Positions 32,601 to 46,627 are shown, counted from the whole stretch's first letter. The stretch is 63,777 bases of DNA, filler included, from Collodictyon triciliatum (GCA_043381765.1; 6 parts of 6 records of this genome joined end to end with filler, not necessarily neighbours in it); one strand, 5' to 3'. Notes: generated by a model not told the origin, from the sequence alone. Program-made: numbers and translations.

Positions 32601-35600
32601 CACAACATTCTGAACCAGGGTTTGTTTGCCATACTTATATTTACAATTACAACAACAGTTAGATAATCAAGTTTCTCTCAACAAACGCAACCTTATTGAA
32701 TTCTGGTCGCTTTGTTGATATAGAGAGCCTGAGTTTGCACCTCTGAATCAGCTTTTTCGCTATCACAAAACAAAATATATTGAATTCTTGGGCTCGATAG
32801 TTATGAATATCCAAAAGAATGTTCAGTTGGATAAGGTAACTTCATATGTTAAGGTTTAGGGACGTATTCTCAATAAACTGATTAAGGAAAACAATAAAGT
32901 CTCTAATTATTCTCTAAAAATAATTCAAAGATCTTTATATTGTTACCAGTATGAACGATTAGATGGTGCTGCATACTCCCAAAGTGTCGTTGATTTGTTT
33001 GGAATTTTAAATTCTCCGCTTCAGATTATTCGAAAAGGTGATTTCGATGCTGAACAAATCATCCAGTATGTCAAGGTGAGTTTTCGAAGAATTCATCTTT
33101 CCATTCCGTTTGATAACATCTATATTTCAGATTGAGGTATTCGTTCAGAGTTTTACCAACTATACTTTTAGTTTGTTATCAAAGGTAACTGCGAATATAT
33201 TAAGCTACTGAACCAGCATATGCAACGTTTCGTGGGACCAACATCGGAAAAAGAGGAGGTATGAGATATTATAATTATTATCATATAAAAGTGTCTACAT
33301 CTATGTGTGTATGATATATTAAATACAATCGTGTATCATGACCAGGAAAAGAAGGAGAGATCTTCATCAAAGTCTTCCATCGGAGGAAAAGTAGTGAGCA
33401 CAGTCTCGACCATTGGATATCCAATTGTGTGGATTGCAACAGGTGCAGTTTCAGGTGTATCTAGGATAGCCACAGGTTTTCTTCCAACAGAAGAGAAAGG
33501 GCAACAAGTGCCAGAACAGATGGTGTCTGTGAACCAAGAAGTTTGTATCAAATTAATCAAATCAATTTCTTCCATCTTCATTTGTCATTTACTACGCTCA
33601 CAAAACAAAAAGTGCATTTATTGAGCAATGCCTCATAATTCGGCGAAGAATATTAGTTCATTTTCTCTTTTATGTGTACGATTGGCATGTACATCACAAA
33701 GCCTTTTTTTAAAAAAAAATAATAATAATTATAATTATAACAAATATATACTAATAAAAATATACGACTTTATTTTTATGTTAGATGTGTGTCCTTATTA
33801 ACAATGCGACAAAAGCTATCGAAGAACTTCTTTGTGAGTGACAGACTATTATTTCATTTATTTTTATTATAAAATGGCAACCACCCCACCTAGCAATGAG
33901 TTCCTGTCATAAAAGGTATGATTCGCCAAAATTCAACACTGACTCTATCATACTAGACTTCTTTAAGGACGTAAAGACATTGCCCGTTCAAGATAGTGAA
34001 AGAGATTCATTTGATGCTTATCTGACAGCATGTGAAGAAAATTCTACGAAAGATATGCACAAACATAGAGACAACTTAGTTGAGACATTCGTAATGCTGG
34101 TATGGCTCAAGTCAAGAATACGTGACATTTTTTTAAGAATTTTTCCAGAAAGAGTATCATCGTAAATTCTATGGGTATTTATAAGCAAATGCATAATTCT
34201 TTATTCTATGTATACATCTAGATTGATAAACTGATACAACATGATTTCCGTCAATTCTTCGAGGCACCGATATCGAGTGGATTGAAATCCGAAGAGAGAT
34301 TGGCTACATTTAAAGAAGACCTTGGTAACCTGGTAATAACCGCTCAATTAATTTTACTTATTTGTCATCCGAAATTAACACTTTGGTGCTTCGCATGAAA
34401 ATTCGGTCAGTGCGTATATGGCATAAAGTCGTTGTTTTATATACACAAGAATAATGCATGCTATTTCATGCATAAAAATTTTAATATCTTATTAGCTACC
34501 CATCCTATCCGAAAACATTGCCAATTTCTCGGAAATAGTTCTGGATAAAATATGGGCACATGTTGTCAAGGTTTGGTTAACAACTTCTCAAAGGATAAAA
34601 AAAGAAGAAGAAAAAAGAAAGAACACTTAACGTAAAATTAACATATCTAAGTAGTGTATATGGCCAAATTTCTTATGTACTGCTGGTGATTTGATTCAAG
34701 TTCAACTCTGCAGTGCCTCGAATCATGCTGCATGAATCCAACAGATGCAGTTTATATCATCAGGACAGAAAGCGAGGCAAACTTGTTGATCTCTGCCATC
34801 GAGGTGATATTTAATCCTTTATGTTTACTGATCTCTACGCCCTCTTGATTCCATTCAGATATAAAATAATGAATAGCGCACATAGGTAAGGGCATCCATA
34901 AATAATGAAATATAGTATGATTAACCGATTTTGAATCAGGCATTATGGGAGTTTTTTGAGCTCAATCAAAGCGGTCTACCCCGTCCCTTTTTATGTCAGT
35001 CCTCAGAAAGGGTTCGGATGATATATATATATATGGATTTACTTCCCATCTACCCTCATTCTCATAATTAAATGTATCTATACATAAATTCTGATACATT
35101 TTTTGCTTTGTAATATCTACGAAGCTTATGTCATTACTGTCCCTTTTCTCGCTACCACCGCAAGAGTTGTTTAACTGGTACTACTCGAGTGAGGAGCAAG
35201 AGTACGTTAAGATAATGGAGACTTTGTAGTTCACTTCATGGTTATAGTATAACTAACTCAAATCAATAGAGCCAATCATGTCAGCCGAGAAGACATACTT
35301 CACATTTTGAAACGAAGAGATAAGGAAGAAATCGTCAGTCGTTTTTTGGTTTATATTAAAGAAGGAAAAGGGCCAAGATTCATGGACTTTGAAATAAGGT
35401 AATCATATGCTGTTTTAACGAAATACATCTTAACTTCAGTCTCCATTACCTTATCTATTACGCCATAAACTTAACTTTATCATAAAAGTCATCATAATTG
35501 ATATTTCTACCATTAATATTGCTGCTGTCCTTAGTGCCAGCAAATCAACCTATCGGAAAAAGCTTGGCATTCCCGAATCAGAGTTGGATGGAAAGTGTAC

Positions 35601-38600
35601 AACTAAGCGCAATTAATTAGAAATAAATATCATTGTAAAATTTCAGCAACATACTTCTGGAGAATCTCTCTTTCCTAATTTTTCAACGTATCCTAATACT
35701 TTAGGGTATGTATGCAAACACGAAGGCAACCTGGGATGGCTTTATGTTTTCTCTGGTTCCATAGGTTTTTGTTCCAGGGACGAAAGAACGCTACAAAAAG
35801 TCACCCATTATGACATTTCAGATATATCCGTGGGTTTTTTTTTTAAAAAAAAAAAATCTTGTCAGAGTTGGCGCCATTTATATGGTCTTATTAGAGCAAG
35901 CAGATGAGGAACTTTACCTTACTTTTTGTTCTCCTTTCGATAAAACAGATTGAAAAGTCTGTTATCTTTTATAAACGAGCAATGAAAATCACGACGAAGG
36001 AACAGGCACAGGTATTTTTCGTTGATTGTTTCGCAACATAGTTCTGTCAAAGTAATCATCTTAACTTATTGTGCATTTCACGCTTTCCATATGCAAGTGC
36101 TCATCCATGTCTTAGATTAAATAGTATATTAATGTTGGTCATTTTTTTTCCGATGATTTCTTGGTACTTCCAGTACTAACATCAGATCCGCTGCTTACTT
36201 TAATGTTTCTCTCAGGTGTCAAGCAAAACGTTGGAATTCACCTCATTTTTATCTGATTTCTTCCTTCAAAGAGCGGCTGATGGTTTTCTAAAGAATCTAG
36301 AAATCAAATACTTGTGAAGATAACCCATGAGAAAGTTTCACATCTTTCCTCTTGTCATTCATTTTTTTCCATTTGTATATCATTTCTCAACAGAGATCGA
36401 AAAGTACCGCACTCTTCTGATACAAGGTGGAAGAGACCAAGGTAATGAGAGTCAACAACGCCAAAAGTCGTACTCCTTAAATCTGTTTGTAAGTAAGAAC
36501 GATAAAGAAAATTTAGTCGGTTTGTGTGCGTTATTTTGTGCACACTCACTGATTTTTAAATTCTCTCTTTTTTATTCATTTATTTATTAATATTTATTGT
36601 ATTTATTGTATTTATTGTATTTATTGTATTTATTGTATTTATTGTATTTATTGTATTTATTGTATTAAAATGTTTACTAAATCCTTCTGAGTGTTTTTGT
36701 GTGCGGGTGGTTTCGTCATATGTTGTATAGGTTTATTCATTTGACCTTTAAATCGAATATAAACTAGTCAAAGCAGCTTGATAAAGGAGACTCGGTTGCC
36801 ACTCGTGATTATTTTAGGGTATCACATAGAGAAAAGCACATTCTTGGTGAGATTTGTCCGTGCATATCTTGAGTTACTTTTGCTCAAATTTGGTTTTTAA
36901 AAAAATTCCTTACTATATCAGACTGTGTCTGCACGATTGGCCGCGCAGCTGCTCGACTCTATATATACTATGATAATATATGCATTCTATCTGAATCTTT
37001 AATCAGCTCGACTAAGGTAACAATTTAAGAAAATATACAAAAAATTTTTTTTAGTAATAATGGAGAACCATTTTAGGTTACAAATTTCGAATTGGTGAAA
37101 GAATAAATGGTCAGCGTATACATATATGAATCAATTATATGAATTTATGTGACGTATATTATATTACAGGATGTGATTAAACATAGCCAAGTCAAAGAAA
37201 TATCAGGATACTATTCCGATAAAATCAAGATAACCATCGTTTGTGAAGATAGAAGCGTGCGTCTTTTTTTTTTTTTAAAAAAAAAAAAATCGAACAAATA
37301 TCTCATTCTTTTATGAATGCGTTGCTCATCTAACATACTCAGATGAACATTGAAGCGCCGACCGAATCGGACCTCTATTTCCACCTACTGAGTTTCTGGA
37401 AAAGAGACACGCTCGTAACATTTTCTAATATGAAATCATACTTATCTGCACTTGAAATGGCGAAACGATATCCTAATTAAGCTGCCCGATAATACTATAT
37501 GCCACAGGACCCAGAAGGAGACTTCTATTCATTTGAGTCTCGAGAGCAGGCTAATCAATTGAAAGTTAAGATCTCCCTTCCATCAGTCGAAAGGATTATA
37601 ATCAGTATGTAAACATGAGAATAGATATACCCTAACACAACAATCGTTTAAGTAATAATTGATGTAAGAGGGCTTCGAGAGAAAATTGTGATATGCGGTT
37701 GAGAGATCTTCTTGGCAGCAAATAAAAAAAAATCTTTTGTATTTATGAATAGGGTAAAAAAAAATATTTTTTTTTAAATGTTACGGTACACTATGTATAG
37801 GCTCTAAAAGTCGTCCGGTTACAAGTGTATGGGGAGAACTTTTTCTCACAAAAAATCATTTATGTTGGGTGCCTACTCGTGGTAAACCGATCATACACGA
37901 ACTAAATCATGTTAAATCGGTTAAGTTTGTAAGTCATGCCTATAATTAATTAAATGTGTAATATATAGTTTTATTGACAAGTTTATTAATATGCACTCAT
38001 TACATATTTAAAATTTTGTGTCTCTATTTTAGACGAAAGAGAACATCGGAAATAAGCTCAGCTTAGTGATAGCCGACGAAACTGCTTTGGAATTCACCAA
38101 TATCGAATGTGGGGATGTTTGGAAAACTCTTATCAACAGAAGATTGCGTTTATTGCAGAAAGTAAACTCTATTATTCTTTATTTTTTTTCTCGTTTGTTT
38201 TAGATTCTTTTCTTTGATTAATTATCTTACCCTGTCTTTGAGGATGAGCCATCAAGTGAAAAAGACAACTCCATCGACCTACACGATATAACGGCATATC
38301 GCCAAACCTTTGATATCAAAGACTCTGACGAGCTTATTCGAAGTAGGATTGTTTGTAATTAATGTCCAAGAAATTGATCGCCTTTGATTATATACACAAC
38401 TCGAAATAAAAGGTAGCTTTCGAGAGTTTTCATTCTATTTTTGAACAGAATCACTAACCCCGAAACTTATGTATGATTCTTAGTTGATAATTGCTGGTAT
38501 GGAAAGATTCAGGGAAGGTTGTGGGTTGGGACATTTCGCATATGCTTTTCTCCCATTAACTTGTCATCTATCATCGGTAACAAAATCATACTGCCTTATT

Positions 38601-38625
38601 CAGATGTGAAGAAAGTTTTCCCGGT
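27096..38625 (+). CDS. Large Munc13/CAPS-like C2 + MUN-type helical protein with several C-terminal GRAM/PH-like domains (3' truncated)
   Basis: C2 exon ADPYVAINLMESKKSAETAKKFCCLQPVWKEFFEL. LQDYCIRYGFSEYAVDIAY resembles the start of CAPS/DUF810-type MUN regions. MCVLINNATKAIEELL is MHD1-like. GRAM-like exons are HEGNLGWLYVFSGSIGFCS, AARLYIYYDNICILS and KIQGRLWVGTFRICFSP. The start is uncertain (27096 or 27248). Confidence 0.7.
29590..29686. repeat. Intronic (ATT)n microsatellite
   Basis: Direct inspection. Confidence 0.95.
31883..31985. repeat. Intronic (TTTGTC)n microsatellite
   Basis: Direct inspection. Confidence 0.95.
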
Positions 38626-38793
38626 TCGTCTTTTCATTATGTGCTATTAATGGTTCATTTCCAATTGAATACAAGACCCAAGTGCTCTCTTTGTTTTCTT
38701 TCTCTCTTTCTCTCTTTCTCTCTTTCTCTCTTTCTCTCTTTCTCTCTTTCTCTCTTTCTCTCTTTCTCTCTTTCTCTCTTTCTCTCTTTCTCT

Positions 38794-38893
38794 NNNNNNN
38801 NNNNNNNNNNNNNNNNNNNNNNNNNNNNNNNNNNNNNTTAATTAATTAANNNNNNNNNNNNNNNNNNNNNNNNNNNNNNNNNNNNNNNNNNNN
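38794..38893. other. Artificial contig linker
   Basis: N44-TTAATTAATTAA-N44. Confidence 0.97.
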
Positions 38894-38937
38894 ACACCGA
38901 CCATAATTTTCAGAGTTCCACTGGTGTCATTCGTAGT

Positions 38938-39340
38938 ATTTTGATATTCAGAGTCTACGATTCGAACAAGGACGACTTTATCTCGCCTTATGAATTCACC
39001 ATGCTTGTGTCAGATGCGATGGCTCGCTCGAATGTCCCACCGAACAAGTCACAAGAGCTTCTCATGGTAGGAATACTTTTATTTTTGTATAAACGCGCTC
39101 AGTTTTGAATACATAATTTCTTTTCTTTTTTTTGTTTTTATTTATCCGTTTACTCAATTTTTTATTTTATGCACTTTTTTGCTAAAATCTAAATTAAAAT
39201 ATACCACTACTTGTGAAAAGAATGTCCAAGCATACTTCAGTTTGAGGCCGCAAGAAACGCATATATCCATTGATACCTTCTTGCAATACATCCGCCAATT
39301 CATCCCGTCCTACATATCGTCTGTTTACCGCCTCCGCTGA
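38938..39340 (+). CDS. C-terminal exons of an EF-hand (calcineurin B/recoverin-like) protein
   Basis: IFRVYDSNKDDFISPYEFTMLV is a canonical EF loop. It splices to NVQAYFSLRPQETHISIDTFLQYI...*. Confidence 0.7.
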
Positions 39341-39788
39341 CGAAATCTTGGTTTCTTCTCTACTTGTCTGATTTCCTCCTTTTTCTTACCTTTGCCTCTC
39401 TTTCTGTTGAGACACAGCACCACTCAATCACTGATTTATGGGGCCATTCACGAAACTGCAGTGTTTGATTGATGAAGAAAATAAAGAGAATATCTTGGCA
39501 CGCTTCATGATTTTGATATATTGATTTCCTTAACTATTCATGTTGTTTTCATCAGCGGTGGTGTTGCAAGAAAGTCTTGATGAACTGTTTCAAATTACCT
39601 TGCAAGTGCGGAGCTCGATTATAAACCCTTGTGTATCCAAAATGTTCTCGTTGCAATTCTTTCTGCTCCTTCCTTCTGCCTTGTAAATAATAATTAAATA
39701 TATTCCACAATAAGATAATGCAGCACGCTTTCAGAAATCGGCCGGAAATTCCGCTGCAATCACAACTCGCGCTTACACAGACGAAGTT

Positions 39789-39837
39789 GATGGCGTGGGA
39801 TTTTTTTTTTAATTCAATTCAAAGGGATGGCGTGGGA
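39789..39837 (-). mobile_element. Family A-variant retroelement 3' stub (25 nt) with 12-bp TSD
   Basis: GATGGCGTGGGA at 39789-39800 and 39826-39837. The insert on the minus strand is CCTTTGAATTGAATT-A10. Confidence 0.75.
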
Positions 39838-39978
39838 CGTTTATCCATAATCGAATATGTCCAATGCCCGTGAGTGTGGTAAAAGAAAGATCGTTCTGAG
39901 CCCGGCTGGGTTCGATTAACTTCTTAGTTCTCAATATTGATGTTCAAACAATACTTTATGCGAATAAACTTATTATCT

Positions 39979-40240
39979 GCTTTTTGCTTTTTTGCTTTTT
40001 TGCTTTTTTTGCTTTTTTTTGCTTTTTTTGCTTTTTTTGCTTTTTTTTGCTTTTTTTGCTTTTTTTGCTTTTTTGCTTTTTTTGCTTTTTGTTTTTTGCT
40101 TTTTTGTTTTTGTTTTTGTTTTTGTTTTTGTTTTTTTTGTTTTTGGTTTTTTTGTTTTTGGTTTTTTTGTTTTTTTGCTTTTTGTTTTTTGTTTTTTGTT
40201 TTTTGTTTTTTGTTTTTTGTTTTTTGTTTTGGTTTTGTTC
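39979..40240. repeat. T-rich degenerate microsatellite (TTTTTG/TTTTTGC)n
   Basis: Direct inspection. Confidence 0.9.
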
Positions 40241-40425
40241 GTTTTTCGGGGTTGCTCGTGGATGGGTCTCTGATGAGAAGGAATTAACTCCAACCAGCTG
40301 TATGTTTTGTTTGTCTCTTTTAGGTTCGTTGCCTGGTACTAATTTTTACTTCTGTTTCATTTTTGCCCTTTAAGTACAGAAACCACAGTCAAACAGGCCA
40401 CTCGATCCTGAAAAGAAAAGGAAGA

Positions 40426-41323
40426 ATGAGTTCGGCTCTAGGATTGCGGGCGAGAAGAAAACAAGTCTTGACCTTGGTTTGAACCTTTTTTTGATTACAT
40501 TTTATATGAATTCCTTATTGTTTTCTAATAATTATAGTTTTATTATAGTTGCACCTTTACTTATTACCGCTGTCTCTAAATGACAGACCTCGTTCTAAAT
40601 TCATACTTTGCGAGGTTATCCCCGACTGTTTTTATTTAGCTATAATTTTACTTGTATCTGTAACGGACCCATATGAAATATAGACAGAAAGAGCAGCCAC
40701 GAGAATCAAAGAATTACTCACTTCAAAGAGTGAAAATACAGTGGGTGTTCGAGTTGGAGTTAAAACGCGCGGATGCAGCGGCCTCAGCTATACCATGGAT
40801 TACGCAAATGAGCAAAGGAAACTTGAATCAGTGGTTGAACAACACGGTTTTTTTTATTCGTTATTATAAATAATGCATTCTTTTCACCTGACATTCATTC
40901 TATGACGATTTGAATTGAAGGAGTTCGAGTGTTTGTGGAGCCGAAAGCTGAGATGTATTTGATTGGGACAGTCATGGACTTTGTTCAGGACGAGTAAGAT
41001 CAATTCTTTTGTTATCAGAATCACGTCCATACTTTTAGATATTTACAATTACTTCTATCCGCTTCGAATGAATAGAAGGAGAGAAATGGAGAGATACATT
41101 CCAAGTTTTGCTACATGGTTCTATATATTTTTTTCCTTTATTCGATTCAAAGTTACATGGTTATATATTTAAAAAAAATAATGGGCTTAGGGTCAAGGCA
41201 GAATTTGTCTTCCAGAATCCAAACAAAGCTGGAGAGTGCGGTTGTGGGGAAAGTTGGTATTTCAAAAAGGATGAACTTGTGCAACAGGCACCCCCAGAGC
41301 CACGCGTGGATATCCCCCAATAG
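40426..41323 (+). CDS. ISCA1: Mitochondrial A-type Fe-S cluster assembly protein, 4 exons
   Basis: VLTLTERAATRIKELL, VRVGVKTRGCSGLSYTMDY, LIGTVMDFVQD and EFVFQNPNKAGECGCGES. All three conserved Cys are present. Confidence 0.93.
41112..41170 (-). mobile_element. Family A retroelement 3' stub in ISCA1 intron 3 with ~17-19 bp TSD
   Basis: TACATGGTT(CT)ATATATTT at 41112-41130 and 41154-41170 flanks TTTTCCTTTATTCGATTCAAAGT. Confidence 0.8.
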
Positions 41324-42340
41324 ATTGTATATTTGCACAGTTTGAACATGACCAGAATCGAACGTAAGAACACGGCACTCTAAGCACAAATCAGAAACGA
41401 AGGCGAGACAAGGCAAGTCACTCATCAGTTCATGACAAATTCGACGCAGCTCCAGATATACAACCGAATATTGGGAGGGTTCATAAAAGTCTTTCGGAAA
41501 CAATATAAATAAAATAAAAATAAAAAAGGCTGCATCTCCAAATAGTTTCGCTGTTGCATTTTTTTTTTTAAGAATTAGTCTATTTCCATCACTTATCAAT
41601 TTCGTTTCAAAAAAGAAATATGAATAATCTAAAGGAATATAATATTGGGTGCTAAATCAATTGGCTGTGTTCTGCACACTTGAGCGAGGCGCTGGCTTTG
41701 TAGCTGCTCTTGGGCTCTCGCTTGTGTGGTGGTGGCGCCTATTAGGTTGGCGTTATGGGGAGAAGGGGTGCAGAACCTTTTTCTTATGTGGAAAATATAT
41801 TATTATTTTACATTTTTCACAATTTGTCATTTTGTAATGTATTAGTTTGTGCCTATTATGCTATAAGCAGACATCATGTCAATATAACAATCAAAATAAT
41901 GTGATTGCGTCATCACAATATGCAAAATTACAAACAAACCACATGTCTTGGCCATAAATCTATGACCAAAAATAGATATATGCACCACATATCCGAATTA
42001 GCGCCAAACACTACAATATCACTACACACCGTTATAGCATAGCTCCTGACCGCTACTCATACCGAAAGCAGAACCCTGGTCTCTTCCACAGCCTTGAAAA
42101 CAAAGACAAAAAAGCCAACAACATATTCAACACCTTAAAAAGATACTGAATACCCCACAACCTGCACACACCAAACACCCAGCAGCAAGAATCATTCCAC
42201 AACCACAGAGACGCTCACAGCGTTGCCACCCCACACAAAACCAAGCAAGAAGAGAAAAGAGAAGCACAGATCACACAACCACAACCACAACCACAACCAC
42301 AACCACAACCACAACCTCAACCACAGCTAGGATCCCCGCC

Positions 42341-43427
42341 ATGCTGTCGAAAGTCGCCACCCGCTCCGCAACCGCCCTCGCGCAACTGACACGCGCCTCT
42401 GCCGTGCCCCTCTCGCGCCGCACATACTCTGTACGTCGAGACAGACACACACACACAGCATCCCCTTCCCTCCCCTCCTCTCCCCTCTCCCCTCCTCTCC
42501 TCTCCTCTGCCGCACGTGCGACTCACGCCGACGCACGCGCCCAGGCCAAGGCGGACAGCCACGGACACAAGGGCCGCCACAGCAAGTCGTCGGACATCCG
42601 CGAGGTCTTTGCGCATCTCGTCCCGCATCTGCGCGAGCACACGGCAGCCATGAAGAAGTCGTACGGGCAGATGCCTCTGGGCACGGTGACTGTGGACATG
42701 GTCTGTCGCCCACCTCTGATCTGGCCTCATCTCATCTCGCCTCATCTCATCTGATCTCGCCTCCTCATCTCATCTGATCTCGCCTCCTCATCTCATCTCA
42801 TCTCATCTCGCCCCAACCCCATCACACGCAGGCGTACGGCGGGATGCGCGGCATCAAGGGCCTCGTCTCGGAAATCTCGCTGCTGGACGAGCAGGAGGTG
42901 CGCGGTCTCTTTCTTCTCTCTCACCCTCCCATCCACACGCACACGCCCTCTGCATCGCCCCGCCAGAGACGCGCCCGCCTAACACCCGATCCATGGCAAT
43001 GCCATGCAAACCCNNNNNNNNNNNNNNNNNNNNNNNNNNNNNNNNNNNNNNNNNNNNNNNNNNNNNNNNNNNNNNNNNNNNNNNNNNNNNNNNNNNNNNN
43101 NNNNNNNNNNNNNNNNNNNNNNNNNNNNNNNNNNNNNNNNNNNNNNNNNNNNNNNNNNNNNNNNNNNNNNNNNNNNNNNNNNNNNNNNNNNNNNNNNNNN
43201 NNNNNNNNNNNNNNNNNNNNNNNNNNNNNNNNNNNNNNNNNNNNNNNNNNNNNNNNNNNNNNNNNNNNNNNNNNNNNNNNNNNNNNNNNNNNNNNNNNNN
43301 NNNNNNNNNNNNNNNNNNNNNNNNNNNNNNNNNNNNNNNNNNNNNNNNNNNNNNNNNNNNNNNNNNNNNNNNNNNNNNNNNNNNNNNNNNNNNNNNNNNN
43401 NNNNNNNNNNNNNNNNNNNNNNNNNNN

Positions 43428-43479
<52 letters not shown>

Positions 43480-45892
43480 TCTCCCTCTCCCCCTTTGTAC
43501 GCTTCAGTCAATTCCCGCCCTCTCAACTCATCAGCTGCTGCGAATGTCTGACTCAGCCCATGAAACATGAGAGAAAAACAAGCGATACTGACTCTGCTTG
43601 GCAATTTTTTTTTTTGTCGTGATCATGCGCTTGCTTTTACCAATGCTGTGCGCCCGCTCCAAGCCGTTCACTCACCCACCCACCTACCGCATAACCCTCC
43701 CAGACCTTCCCCCGCACGCTGCACCCGATGTCCCAGCTCTCTGCCGCCGTCCTCGCCCTCCAAGTATGCAGTCCTTATCTCTTTCTACAGTACTCCTACC
43801 AATATTTATTTATAATTGCTCCTTGTGTTGTTTCCTTCCTTCTTTCCTCCTTTCTTTCTCTCTTTTCCTCCCTCCTTCGTTAATCGCTCGTATCTACAAC
43901 AGCACGACAGCGAGTTCGCCAAGGCTTATGAGAAAGGCATCCACAAGAACCACTACTGGGAGCCTGTTCTGGAAGATACTCTGAACTTGGTATGGCCTCT
44001 CCCCTTCTACCTTCTCTTCCCTCTTCTCGGTCGTTCATTAGGCTACATCCCAACAAAGGAAAGATATAGTTGGAGAAGGTTGCAGTCGTACACTCAATCG
44101 TTCTATTATTTGACTCCCAAAGGTTGCTCGCCTGCCCACTGTTGCAGCTATGATATACCGCCATACTTACAAAAACAGCGAGTTCATTGCTGCCGACAAC
44201 TCTCTTGACATGGCTGCAAATTACGCTCACATGATGGGCTATGACAATCCCACCATCCACGACCTCTTCCGCCTTTACCTTGTCATCCACTCGTATGTTT
44301 GACATTCGCACATATGCCCCATATTCTGGATTCTATCTCTCCTTAACATCTTTCCGTGCATGACTCGAATCCCTTCCATATTGTCTGCCTGAAATTGTTT
44401 CATTCTGCTATATCCCCAGTTCCTTCCATGAATCTTTGCTATGCTCTACCATGTCCTGTATTGTCGCACTGGATAATGAAAAAAACTATTAGCTTATACG
44501 AACCATACCCCTTTTAGTGACCACGAATGCGGAAATGTCAGCGCACATGCCACACACTTGGTTGGCAGTGCCCTTTCTGACCCATATCTTTCCTTCTCTG
44601 CTGGCCTCAACGGACTTGCTGGCCCCCTTCACGGCCTCGCCAACCAGGAAGTTCTCCGCTGGCTGACTGACATCGTGGTACGTTTCTGAGACAATTAAAA
44701 GAACCGATATCCACTCAAATCACCCTTCTGTCAAAGGGAACTTTGAGTGCTATACGATAGAGAAAAGTAAAAAAAAAAAAAATTACCAAACTTTCATTCC
44801 TTCCCATTTCTCTCTCTTTTAATCTATTCTTCGCCGTGGACCCAAACAACATAGTCGATAACGTGTAACACTATCATCTCGCAGGACACTCTTGGCCACG
44901 AGAAGGTTAAGGACCCCGAAAACCTCAAGAAGTACATCTGGGATACCCTGAAGGCTGGAAAAGTCGTCCCCGGATACGGCCACGCCGTCCTTCGTCGTGT
45001 AATTCCCTTTTAATCATCGCTTGGTGGCTCGATCCAGCAACATATTCCTTACCCGTGCCCATAAGATTGTTTCATCACTGACGGGAGAACTCAGTAACAC
45101 GAACTAAATTCCGCATCCGCGTCACAGACTGACCCCCGCTTCACCTGCCAACGCGAGTTCGCCTTGAAGCATCTTCCCCACGACCCCATGTTCCAACTTG
45201 TTGGAGATCTATACCACGTACGCCATTTAATCTTCATACTGGCAGTCTCCCGATTATGTCCTCGAACAATCGTTTGGATGAACTCCGAAGCTCCACTACA
45301 CTCCCAACCCACACTTAACACCAGCCCTTTCTTTTTTAGATCGTTCCCAAGATTCTCCTTGAGCACGGAAAGACCAAGAACCCTTACCCCAACGTTGATG
45401 CTCACTCTGGCGTGCTCCTCCAGGTAGAGACCTGTTCAAAGTCGTGATGACACCAACAAACCTTACCGGAAGACTGTCGCTAAACGAAGATATCTTTTAC
45501 ATCTAGCACTACGGAATCAATGAATCCGGATACTACACCGTCCTCTTTGGTGTCTCCCGTGCCCTTGGTGTCCTTGCCAACCTCGTCCACTCCCGCGCCA
45601 TCGGCCTGGTAAGTAACCCATTCCATGAAAAAAGGCATGAATACGAAAGAGAACACACCCGCAACATCCCGACATTCATCAATTACCGTCTTGTGTATCC
45701 TCGTGTTCGACTGTCCCTGTCCGCTTCACAAACAATCCTCACCAAGACATCACTCACCTCTTCTTCACCCACCCATAATCCTCGCAGCCCATCGAGCGCC
45801 CCAAGAGCGTCGACTCTGCCTGGTTGATTGAGCATGCCAAGAAGACAAACTACACCGCACCTGCTGCCCCAGCCCCAGCCCCCGCGGAATAA
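42341..45892 (+). CDS. CS: Mitochondrial (eukaryote-type) citrate synthase, multi-exon, spans N gap 43014-43427
   Basis: Presequence [18 protein letters not shown], then [70 protein letters not shown] and PIERPKS. Confidence 0.95.
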
Positions 45893-46627
45893 AAAGGATG
45901 GCCGTTCGCTCCCGTTCATCCTTTTGCTTGGAGCACCAGCCCGCCCACCCCGCGAAAGGAGCGCACCGCTAACATCCCCCAAAAAACCGGAACACTCGCA
46001 GACTCGCCCAACAAACAACTCCTGCTTTTGACACCGACAGAGCACACAGTTACACATTATCGGCAATAGACCATAAATCTCACCCTAACGCACACCAAGG
46101 CCATCCGAGCTCTGCCCCTTTTCCTCCCTTTTCCACAAGCGGGTGGACGGATTCAGACACCGTTGAACCGCCGAGAAGCCTAACTTGTGATTCCGTTGGA
46201 GAGAAGTGCACCTATTTTCCCATTGCAGAGAAATTAAATGAATAATCTATGAATTCCTCCATTTTTGCTCAAATCCTCTCACCAAAATCAAGTTGATCAA
46301 AGTTGTGTGATCGCGAAAGGAGATCAGGGCAAAATCAGAAGGAAGCCCTGTCCGGGATAAAGCGGGTGTGTGCGTGTGTGGATGGACGGAACATCCACGG
46401 AGAGGACGTGTTGACTGAGGCCTCGGGCGTTGGTGCGTCCATGACAGAATCGACAGAGACGCAAGGCGGAGTCTTTGGTTTCCTTTGGGCTGTCCAAACT
46501 ACGATAATTGTCTTTGTTGTTGTTTTTTGTTTCTTGGGAAAAGTGTTTGAGTTCAAAACTGTTACTTTTCGCCAGCAGCAATCAAGCCTCCTGCGTCTCT
46601 CTCCTCCCCGTGAAAATATGCGCTGGC

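Noticed and set aside
39862-39925. tRNA or SINE suggested by the B-box-like GGGTTCGATT
   Set aside because: No cloverleaf stems could be formed and no second copy was seen.
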